IMG/VR virus record: IMGVR_UViG_3300001528_000208
Coordinates: 40,806-104,805 of that record
Strand: one strand, 5' to 3'
Length of the DNA: 64,000 bases
From: a virus
Lineage: Duplodnaviria > Caudoviricetes
In this document: positions 40,245 through 48,903 of the stretch, one piece after another
Layout of the letters: each line of letters begins with the position of its first letter
Position numbering within the stretch: the first letter of the stretch is position 1
Made by a program: the position numbers and the translations under genes
The notes under the pieces: generated by a model
The model's input: only the letters and a program-made list of their open reading frames with translations
Told to the model about the DNA's origin: nothing
Databases searched by the model: none

Positions 40245-40700
40245 ACGGTTGAAACGTAGGCTTAGAAGCAGCCATCGTCTAAGGAGTTTATCGCGGGGCG
40301 AGTCTTGACGGTCTTTGTGCCGTGGGAAGTATCTGCTATTGCAATCATATAGAATGATATTTCTTGACCGCCTATGATTGCCGTGGATAATTTGGCGTAG
40401 TAGCACATCAACCGCATGGTGGAATGGCGGGTGACACCTAAAATAACCTCGCCACCATATCCCACAAGTTCCGCAATCGGGGCAGAGTGTAAAATGCGAA
40501 AGCACACTTGGAAGGAAAGCCGTGGGATTAACAGCGCCCATTGAAATCCGTGCGAATATTATTAACATGGTAGAATCGCCTATCTGCAACGCCGCCACAA
40601 CAACGTGGATGGCTATGCGTTAGGGCTACCGGCTAAACCGTCATTTCAAGACGGTAAGGATTAGCTGTTGCGAACCGCGAAAGTGGGATAGCGGGAAGCA
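40245..40700 (+). ncRNA. Candidate structured ncRNA B (~450 nt) with a 23S rRNA L11-binding-domain-like 5' module
   Basis: Own promoter (40209/40232); cggttga/tcaaccg helix enclosing GTAGGCTTAGAAGCAGCCATC and GCGTAGTAGC; no credible ORF; ends at next promoter. Confidence 0.75.
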
Positions 40701-40747
40701 CTTGACAAAATGTAAAGTGTGTGTTATTATAATAACATAAAGCAAAT

Positions 40748-40823
40748 GGCCCCGTGGTCAAGTGGTCTAAGACTCCGCCCTTTCAAGGCGGCAACGGCAG
40801 TCCGAATCTGCTCGGGGCTACCA
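40748..40823 (+). tRNA. tRNA-Glu(UUC)
   Basis: Cloverleaf, ccgcc-CTTTCAA-ggcgg anticodon arm, encoded CCA; T-loop TCCGAAT. Confidence 0.9.
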
Positions 40824-40975
40824 GATTGTGAAATTCAAGCGGCGAAAGCCAAGCCACCGTTACAGCCGGTATTGACAAAATCCAAAATGTGTGCTATATT
40901 ATTATCATGGTGTGAACAGGTTGGTCGCCTGTGAACATAAATTCAAAATTTTGAAAGTAAGAAAGGAAAAAGACT

Positions 40976-41362
40976 ATGATTCGTAATTTCAGAGACATCG
41001 ACGCCGGTAGCATCATCATCTCCAAGAAGGGCAAGCAGTACATCGTTTTGACCGACGGTGAAAACAACAAGGGCCTGTTCGACAAGAACGGCGTTTGGAG
41101 CCGCGTCAACTACGACACGCTGACCTTCGGCAAGAACGACAGCGGCGAAGTCAAGGAAGTCAAGCAGTTCCGCACTCTTCCTGCCCTTGATCGCATCAGT
41201 GAGGCGGTGAAGTACCAGTACACCAGCCGCACCGCCTGTGCGCCGCTGACTACGGTTTACACCGCCGAGCCCGCCGAGGTCACTGCCGCCCGCAAGGCGC
41301 TTGCTGACGCTCAGGCTGCCGCTGACCGTGCCCGTGCCGTCATGGCTGCCTACGGTTTCTAA
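40976..41362 (+). CDS. Hypothetical protein with strong codon bias between tRNAs
   Basis: Own promoter 40872, AAGGA RBS, hairpin 41382-41405. Confidence 0.75.
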   Translation: MIRNFRDIDAGSIIISKKGKQYIVLTDGENNKGLFDKNGVWSRVNYDTLTFGKNDSGEVKEVKQFRTLPALDRISEAVKYQYTSRTACAPLTTVYTAEPAEVTAARKALADAQAAADRARAVMAAYGF

Positions 41363-41412
41363 GCCGTAGAAATTCCCCAGCGGGAAGTGGCGTAAGCCAC
41401 TTCCCTATATAT

Positions 41413-41488
41413 GGCGCACTCGTCTAAAGTTAGGATGCCGCCTTCTCACGGCGGAGATAGAAGTTGCAATTCCTTCTGTGCGTCACCA
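41413..41488 (+). tRNA. tRNA-Glu(CUC), atypical T-loop
   Basis: ggcgcac/gtgcgtc acceptor, ccgcc-TTCTCAC-ggcgg, CCA end; 9-nt T-loop TTGCAATTC. Confidence 0.75.
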
Positions 41489-41592
41489 AGGCGTAGAAAT
41501 ACGCCTTTTTCTATGGGTGTTGACAAAAACAAAATATAGTGCTATTATAATAGCATAGGCAAGCAAAACATAAAACATTAAAACGGAGGTCT

Positions 41593-43143
41593 ATGAAAAT
41601 GGCAGAGATTGTCAAAAAGGTTGAGTGTAAGGAAGATGCGTGGTCGAACGTTCCGCCGCATCTTCGCGGCATTCAGGATGGCGACGTTCTGGTTATCAAT
41701 CGCTTTGAAAGTGGCAAGCGGTATCCCGAGGAACTTCTTTGGTGCAAGGGTCTGTTTCTTCTTGCTGATGATTATATGCGTTGGCAGTTTGACAGTCCCG
41801 ATGGCATCGCGCTGACTATCAATGACGAAATTCCCGCCGAGCGTCAGGCGCTTGTTCGTGAAAACGGTTTCGATGGTGATTTCAAGGTTGGCTTTGATGC
41901 CGTGGTTTTCCCTGAAAACCTCTCGTTCCGTGACAAGGAACCCGAAGTCGAAGCTGAAAAGCCCGCCATGAAAAACTATAGCATCCATCATGACGTGCAG
42001 GATGAAGATATCATCAAGGAAATGATGGGCAAGGTCGATAAAGAAAGGTTTCGCAAACTTTGCCAAGTCGCTGTCGGCAATGGCAAAAAGACTTCTAACG
42101 AAGCCATCGACATTCTTCTGCGCAAGTGGGCAGAAGCGAAGTACGATTACTACGTCGCTTTCGGGCATCAGTTGATTATCCGCACGCCCATCGAATATAC
42201 CATGGATGCGAACGAAATGCGTCCGATGGTCTATGACCTGTATAAGACATGGCCTCAGTATGCCGCGTCTATCGACAAGGTTGTTGAATCTGGCGGTCGT
42301 GATGGCATCGACTACTTCACGAAGAACGAAATGCCGAAGTGTGATTTCTTCAAGACCTATGCCCCCGACGTTTATAAGAAGGGCATGAAGATTTCCAAGT
42401 TCTTCAGCCAGCTTTTCAAGAACGAAAAGTTCGACATCGACTTCAGCAAGGTCATGCAGAATCGCATGATTAAGGGCTTCGTCTGCATCAGCATTGACCC
42501 GTATGACTTCATGACTTCGGGTACGAATATGCACGGCTGGTCTACCTGCCAGAAGCTGTACGGTTCTATGAACTATGGTACAGTCCAGTGGATTTGGGAC
42601 CCGAACGCGCTGATTGCGTATCGCGACAACGGCAAGACATATCTGTATGACCGCATCGTGGCGAAGCAGGACGGCGAACGCGACGAATATACGTTCGGTA
42701 AGAACCAGTTCGAGGGCAATTCCAAGTCTTGGCGTCAGATTATCAACGGCGACCGCATGAACTGCACGTTCCTGTTTGGTCGTGAATATCCCCAGCACAA
42801 GGACATCGAAGTTGTGTCTGAAAAGGCGCGTGAACTGCTGGAAAACACCATCGGTTCCTATATCGGCGTGACCGATTGGGATAACTATGGCGATTTGAAG
42901 CGGATTCACAGCGAAAAGTATTTCGGTAACAAGCCCGTGTACGCTGACGTGACGAACCATCACTACAGCGACATCCACGAGTGGGAATCCTTGAAGCGTT
43001 CTTATCCCGAAATTAAGAAGGCTTTGGTTTCCCCGCACAACACGGATATGTCCAAGGTGCAGGTGACTGCCGGCGGCAAGCTGTACTGCCTTTGCTGTGG
43101 CAAGGAAATCAAGAACAACGCCGTGTTCGATAATTGTCAGTGA
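41593..43143 (+). CDS. Large hypothetical phage protein (paralog of 43247)
   Basis: KW.EAK...FGH, KG...ISIDPYDF..S.TN.H.W.TC, WRQII, C-terminal CLCCG. Confidence 0.75.
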   Translation: MKMAEIVKKVECKEDAWSNVPPHLRGIQDGDVLVINRFESGKRYPEELLWCKGLFLLADDYMRWQFDSPDGIALTINDEIPAERQALVRENGFDGDFKVGFDAVVFPENLSFRDKEPEVEAEKPAMKNYSIHHDVQDEDIIKEMMGKVDKERFRKLCQVAVGNGKKTSNEAIDILLRKWAEAKYDYYVAFGHQLIIRTPIEYTMDANEMRPMVYDLYKTWPQYAASIDKVVESGGRDGIDYFTKNEMPKCDFFKTYAPDVYKKGMKISKFFSQLFKNEKFDIDFSKVMQNRMIKGFVCISIDPYDFMTSGTNMHGWSTCQKLYGSMNYGTVQWIWDPNALIAYRDNGKTYLYDRIVAKQDGERDEYTFGKNQFEGNSKSWRQIINGDRMNCTFLFGREYPQHKDIEVVSEKARELLENTIGSYIGVTDWDNYGDLKRIHSEKYFGNKPVYADVTNHHYSDIHEWESLKRSYPEIKKALVSPHNTDMSKVQVTAGGKLYCLCCGKEIKNNAVFDNCQ

Positions 43144-43246
43144 CCTCCGTTTGAAGATTGGGGTGGGTGTAGTCACCCACCCTTTTCTTCTTGACAAAAT
43201 AACTTTTTAGCGCTATAATATAAGTACAATAAGGTAAAAGGAGTAC

Positions 43247-44329
43247 ATGGCAATGGCTGTTTCTTCGGAAATTAAAAAGGAAATGCTGGCGGCGGTCGAT
43301 AAGAAAGCGTTCATGGAAGCCGTCAGAATCACTGCTGAAATTGACGTGAAAACAATTTCGCGCAAGCAGGTGAATGAATATCTGCGTCAATGGGTTGATG
43401 CAAAGGCGTGGATGTTTGAACTGTTCGGGCATAAGACGCGCTTGATTCGAGAAGTCGAAATTCCCGCAGACAACGAAACGATGCGGTCTAATATTGAAGA
43501 ACTTTGCCGCAAGTATCCGCAGTATGCGGCGACCATTAGCGAACTGCGAACGGAAGATTTCTGCGAAGGCGTTATTAACAGAACAACAAGCAAGACGCTG
43601 ACGTGGCTGTTTCCCCGCGTCTATCGCAAGGGCGCAAAGACGTCTAAGGTTCTGTCAAAGATTCTAAACGACTACGACTTCGATGTGGAACTGTCAAAGG
43701 TTTTGCAGAACAATATGGTCAAGGGTCGCGCAATCGTCAGTATTGACCCTGTGGATATGGTCATGCTGTCCACTAACACGCACAAGTGGGGCAGTTGTAT
43801 GTCCATTCTGTATGACCGCAACGACCGCACACAGAATCGTGGTGGCTTTAATAAGGTCGGCGGATTTTCTTTGATGCGCGATGATTGTACTACCGTCGCA
43901 TATCTTGACCACAATAAGACAGCCGTGTTTGCGAACGATTTCGGTTCATTTGAATGGACGGATATGATTTTCCGTCAGTTGCTGACCATTGACAAGAACG
44001 ACCTGACCAACGTGGTCTATGGTCATTATAACGGTACGCCCAGCGATGCAATTCGTGACGTTTGGGGCGAAATGCTTCGCGAAGTTATGGGTGGCGAAAA
44101 TTGGACGATGAATGATACGGGCTATTATGGATTCCATAAGCAATGTGCAGGGTTCTATTATGACACCATGAATACACATTGGTACGGTTCGTCTAAGCCT
44201 AAAGACCGTACAATCGGTGTAAAACAGCTTTTCTGTGTCTGCTGTGGAAAGAAATTTGAACGTCTACATCAATATAAGAACTGGTTATCCTGTTCGGATG
44301 GTTGCAAGACCAAGGAGGACAAAAAATGA
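43247..44329 (+). CDS. Hypothetical phage protein (paralog of 41593)
   Basis: QW.DAK...FGH, KG...VSIDPVD...STN.H.W.SC, FRQLL, CVCCG. Confidence 0.75.
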   Translation: MAMAVSSEIKKEMLAAVDKKAFMEAVRITAEIDVKTISRKQVNEYLRQWVDAKAWMFELFGHKTRLIREVEIPADNETMRSNIEELCRKYPQYAATISELRTEDFCEGVINRTTSKTLTWLFPRVYRKGAKTSKVLSKILNDYDFDVELSKVLQNNMVKGRAIVSIDPVDMVMLSTNTHKWGSCMSILYDRNDRTQNRGGFNKVGGFSLMRDDCTTVAYLDHNKTAVFANDFGSFEWTDMIFRQLLTIDKNDLTNVVYGHYNGTPSDAIRDVWGEMLREVMGGENWTMNDTGYYGFHKQCAGFYYDTMNTHWYGSSKPKDRTIGVKQLFCVCCGKKFERLHQYKNWLSCSDGCKTKEDKK

Positions 44330-44973
44330 AAAATGTGATTCTTTTTTCTACGCATTGCGCCGACAAGCGCCTGAACAATCGCGTGAACGACTGGCTGAAT
44401 AAGCACGGCAAGAATCGTCGCATTGCTGTTATCCCGTCCTATTGGCAGGCGACCACCCGCGAGTATCCGCCCTACTTCGCCGCCAAGATGGGCTTTGAAG
44501 AATACATCATTTGCCCTGTTGGCGAAAACTTCGACAAGAAGTGCTGGGAATATGCGTTGGAAAGCGACGCAATCCTTTTAGAAGGAGGGAACACGTTTGT
44601 CGAATGGACTATGATTCATTTCCGTGGTCTTGATAATGACTTGCGCAAGTTCGCCAATCGCGGTATCCTGATGGGCATTTCTGCCGGTTCGCACATCATC
44701 AGCCCAACCATCGACCTTGCATCTGTTGCTGACGACAACTATCTTTGTCTTGCTGGCGACGAACTGAACAGCCTTTGTCTTACCGATTTTCTTGTAAAGC
44801 CGCACGCTGGCGGGTGGATGGAACACAAGGCGCTGTTCCGCAACTATGCGACCAAGTACAACAAGCCGGTTTTTATGATTGATGAAGGTCAGGCGGTGTG
44901 GGTTTGCGACCACGGCGTCCGCGAATATGGCGGGCATATCACAAAATTCTTACCATACAAGGACGGTGCGTGA
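44326..44973 (+). CDS. Peptidase S51 (dipeptidase E / class I GATase-like)
   Basis: DAILLEGGNT, GISAGS nucleophile elbow, VKPH, IDEG. Confidence 0.8.
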   Translation: MKNVILFSTHCADKRLNNRVNDWLNKHGKNRRIAVIPSYWQATTREYPPYFAAKMGFEEYIICPVGENFDKKCWEYALESDAILLEGGNTFVEWTMIHFRGLDNDLRKFANRGILMGISAGSHIISPTIDLASVADDNYLCLAGDELNSLCLTDFLVKPHAGGWMEHKALFRNYATKYNKPVFMIDEGQAVWVCDHGVREYGGHITKFLPYKDGA

Positions 44974-47142
44974 TGGAAATTGCTTGTTCCTGTGACATTG
45001 TGCGCAACAATAATCCAAAATCTAACCGCTTCGGTCAGTGTGGGATTGTCTTGACAACATCGACCGCGTGTGCTTATGTCAATTATCAAGATGGCAAAAC
45101 CGTTTATTGCGCCGTCAAAAATTTTGTGCTTGTTAAGCACTTTGAACTTCGTGAAAAGATAGGCAACGAAGCTGTTTTTGCCCGTACATATTGGGGGAGT
45201 CTTGAATTTATTGATGAATACGGTCGCAGAAGACGCCTTAGCCGTGATGAAATGTGGAAGTTGGCGCAGAAATATATCCGTCGCGCCGCCGTGGTGGTTT
45301 GACAAATCATCAACTTTCTGCTATTATAATATAGGTGATGAAAATGAACAGAATTAAAATCGGCGACAAGGTTCTAATCAAAGGCAATTCACGAATCCAC
45401 CACAGCCTGCTTGTTCCATCTATTGCAGAAGTTATCGGTATGGATGCTGTCAGTTTCAATGTTTTTGGGCATGACATCAATGGCAGGACATATAGCCAGT
45501 GGATTTCACCCATTGATATTGAACTGGTAAGAAAGGCGGTGATTGTATGACGCGCGAAGAAAAGAATCAGCACGTTGAGTTTATGAATGACGCGCTTTGC
45601 GACCTTTGTTCCACCTATCAGGATTGCACTTGTGACGGCTGTGAATTTGCGCGCTACATTTCCGTCAACGGTCGTGCCGGCACAATCATTTCTTCCACCG
45701 ACATGGGCGACTGGATTGATATGGCGGTGTATATCGAAGGCATTATTTGCCAAGTCATGATGGCTGACGGGAAGCCTGTCGCTATCTGTGATGACGTCGG
45801 TCTTGTCCGCCTTGGTGATGCCAAAGCAAGCGACGTGGCTGATTTCGCAAGCAATTATGCTGAATTTGACGAAAACGAATGGAACGATTCTTTGCCGTGC
45901 TGGTGGAATGATTCGTTTGGATGTTGGGAAGAGGTAATCGAAAATGCCGGTAAATGATTACAATATAGACCGTCTAACCGGAAGAATCTGCGAAGAATTT
46001 ATGTCTTGCGAAGATTGTCCGCTTTATCCCCACAAATATCCAACACAAGAACGTATCGAACAGGGCGACCCGACTTTTTGGTGCGATGATGCGTCTTGGA
46101 AAGATGCTGAAATTTCTGCCACGCTTGCATTTCAAGATTTGCTGAAAAATCATCCCGAACTTCGCAAAAAATTTACCGCAGAAGATATCCGCGAAATTGG
46201 CGTTATGAAAGGGACAATCTTATGAAATACGATGGCGAATATCTGCGCGGTTTCATTTGCCGTAATTATATGTGCGACCTTTGCCCACTGACCAATAGCG
46301 ACGATTGTTATTATCGCTGTCGCAAAAACACGCCCGCGACAAGCGAACTTTTGAAAGCTGTTGGAACCTACATGAACACAAAGACACCCGCACAGCGTAA
46401 ACAATGCAGTCGTGTTAACGCCATTATGGCGAAATATATAAAGGCGGTGGTGCTGTGATGGAAAAGATTTTATATACCTGCCCATTAGGTTTTTTAATCG
46501 CATTATTTATCCCTGTCGCTGTCCTTTTTGTAGGCGCGGTTCGCGAAGCCTATGTTTCCACAAAGAAAGCAATACAAAAGAATCGCCTTAAAAAGTTTAT
46601 TAAAGACAATGAACAAAAAGCTGTCCCCTGCCATTGTGGTGGTCATGCGTATATTGAACACCGCTTCGGTGAATTTTACCACATCGGATGCACGGGTTGT
46701 GTTACCGGCTTCACGGACGAAGATATTCCAAAACTTGTCAAGATGTGGAACGACGTCCAAAGCCTTAAAGCTGGCGATTATGTTGACGCAGGTGTTTTTA
46801 AGGGGCGCGTTCAATCAATATCTTGCGGCGAAGCCTATGTTTATGCAGATGTCTATAACACCTATGTCGAAGTTCCGCTGTCCTATTTGAAGAAAATCAG
46901 ACCGTCGTCTGCAAAGGTGGTGTAGTATGAAAACTGGAACCGCGCGTCAAGGTATGCGCGTCAGAATCATCGGCAATCACAATAACCACGGATTTAAAAT
47001 TGGCAAAGTGGTAACGCTTCTGGAAAAGGCGTGGTACCCGCCTGACGACCGTGGTTATTCGTTCTATGTAAGATATAGAAAGGGTGTTTTACACAGCGTT
47101 CGTGAAATTGACATAGTGCCGGTCAACGCCACCGTGGTATAG
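44973..47142 (+). CDS. Seven small proteins; six tagged (44973, 45338, 45944, 46222, 46458, 46927) and 45547 untagged
   Basis: Tagged ends AVVV, AVIV, GTIL, AVVL, AKVV, ATVV. Confidence 0.65.
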
Positions 47143-47201
47143 CTTGACAAGTCAACTTTTTGATGGTACAATATAAGCATGATAAGGAAAGGGGTACTAC
47201 C

Positions 47202-47537
47202 ATGAAAAATTTTCGCACAAGAAATTCCATCATCCTGTTCTTCGGTATCGCGCTAATTGTTGTTGTAGCTATTGCGTCCACTTCATGCGTGAAAAATGAC
47301 CCGCAACCGTCAGTTGACAACCTGTATCCGCACGTTGCCGTGGTTGTCGATACCGACGAAGTTGACGACAGTGTTTATTTATGCGACTTTAACGGCGAAC
47401 TTTGGAAGTTCTACGGTGTCGAGGACTGGATGGTTGGCGATATCGCCGCCATGATTATGGACGACCGTGGAACGCCTGAAATTGCTGGCGACAGAATTGT
47501 TTCAGTTCGCTATTGTGGCAGTATTGCCGTGGGGTGA
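47202..47537 (+). CDS. Membrane-anchored protein or lipoprotein
   Basis: Hydrophobic N-terminus followed by STSC; promoter 47144. Confidence 0.6.
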   Translation: MKNFRTRNSIILFFGIALIVVVAIASTSCVKNDPQPSVDNLYPHVAVVVDTDEVDDSVYLCDFNGELWKFYGVEDWMVGDIAAMIMDDRGTPEIAGDRIVSVRYCGSIAVG

Positions 47538-47541
47538 AATT

Positions 47542-47793
47542 ATGAATAAAGAAGATATTGCATATCACTTCAAACGCGCCGGTTGCCGTGTGCCCGGATT
47601 TGGAAATGGATGCCACACTTGTCCAATTCGCAAGAAACTTGGGCGGTGTTGTTCGTATGACAAACACGACGAAACCATTAACGTCGGCAAACTTCTATAT
47701 CACACGGATAAGAAATACCGCGAAAGCATAAACACCGAAATCAAAGAACATCCAGATTTTCGACCGTATGTATGCGGTTGTCGAATCGTCTAA
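47542..47793 (+). CDS. Cys-rich small tagged protein
   Basis: C..CPI motif; ends CRIV. Confidence 0.6.
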   Translation: MNKEDIAYHFKRAGCRVPGFGNGCHTCPIRKKLGRCCSYDKHDETINVGKLLYHTDKKYRESINTEIKEHPDFRPYVCGCRIV

Positions 47794-47812
47794 AAAAGAA
47801 AGGAAGAAAACT

Positions 47813-48430
47813 ATGAATCTGAAAGAATCTTTCCGCTATGCGTCCTACCTTGAAACCCTTGCATCCAACGCTTCTGGAAATCTGCGTCTTTCCACACACG
47901 CCCTGACCACAACCAAAATCCATCGCAAGTCTGCTGTTGACCCCGAAGCCAAGGACATTACTGAAACCGTTGACAACGGCGATTTCGTTGCGAATAACGA
48001 CCTTATCCGCTTCTTGCAGTTCGTTATCGCCGAACGCGACAAGCTGGGCAAGGCAATCACCGCCGCGAAGAATAACTGCGGCTTTGACATTGACAATGCG
48101 GTCGCCGTAAACAAGATGCGTCAGCGCGTTGCCGATGATATCAAGCGTATGCTGTCCTATAAGGCAAGCAAGACCAAGAATATCGCCAATGGCTATCGTT
48201 TCAACGTGGCTGGCGACCAGACTTCCTATCGCTACGAAGTGGAAATCGTCGACGAAGAAAACTTTGACCGCAAGGCGTCTAAGGCTGTCATGACCGCCAT
48301 GCTGGAAGAATCTGATGCGACTTCTGCTGAAATTGACCGTGTTCTTGTCACGACCAACGTTGACTTCATGCCGCATTTTAGTGTGAATGACAGTTTCGAC
48401 GATGCTGTTGAATCGTACTTAAAAATGTAA
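47813..48430 (+). CDS. DIP1984-like helical protein
   Basis: MNLKESFRY N-terminus, helical hairpin pattern, ends SAEIDRVLVTTNV; AAGGA RBS; strong codon bias. Confidence 0.55.
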   Translation: MNLKESFRYASYLETLASNASGNLRLSTHALTTTKIHRKSAVDPEAKDITETVDNGDFVANNDLIRFLQFVIAERDKLGKAITAAKNNCGFDIDNAVAVNKMRQRVADDIKRMLSYKASKTKNIANGYRFNVAGDQTSYRYEVEIVDEENFDRKASKAVMTAMLEESDATSAEIDRVLVTTNVDFMPHFSVNDSFDDAVESYLKM

Positions 48431-48431
48431 A

Positions 48432-48883
48432 GCGGGTTTTGCCCGCTTGCTTCTGGTGGTAAATTAGCGCGAAACTACACGAAACGCCTGCAAACGCGCA
48501 GTTTGTAGCACCATAGCGATATGGTCGCTTGTAGAAGTTTGATATGCCACTTAAAATTTTTAAGTGGCGTGGATAATATATACTAAAACAATCAAAGCCT
48601 TTCTGGCTTGCTGAAGGTCGCTTCGCATAACGACATTCACCTAACACAATTACCTGATTCCATTATCCATAAACACGAAACACCACCTGTCGGACGGAAC
48701 ATTTATCGCGTAATCACGCAAAGCACCGACCGTCTTGGCATCCTCTGGGCTAATTACCCAGCTCCAATGCTTAATGGATGAAATTGGTAAGTGCAAATTA
48801 CCATCTATCAATGCCGATTTATTCGGCACTATTTTCGTGTTCTTTCTGCGGCTTCTTGCCGCCAGAAGCAAACGGGTAAACGC
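48432..48883 (+). ncRNA. Candidate structured ncRNA C (~450 nt)
   Basis: Ends pair over ~45 nt (48438-48484 with 48832-48880) with G-U wobbles on + strand; internal hairpins; no credible ORF. Confidence 0.65.
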
Positions 48884-48903
48884 CAACTTTAGTGAGGTGT
48901 AAT

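Noticed and set aside
36410-40510. Further 23S-like snippets (cctaaaataac; gcagagtgtaaa)
   Set aside because: Matches are short, rely on recalled sequence and lack matching stems; not supportable without alignment.
40245-40700. True rRNA gene, tmRNA, or the minus-strand ORFs 40194-40598 and 40262-40507
   Set aside because: Only the ~50-nt L11 domain matches rRNA, and it carries an insertion; no tRNA-Ala-like ends; the ORFs lack an RBS and oppose a clear + strand promoter.
2204-48376. Long minus-strand ORFs (e.g. 2204-3211, 3693-4862, 8432-9307, 41578-43197, 47741-48376)
   Set aside because: Antisense shadows of codon-biased + strand genes with no recognisable motifs.
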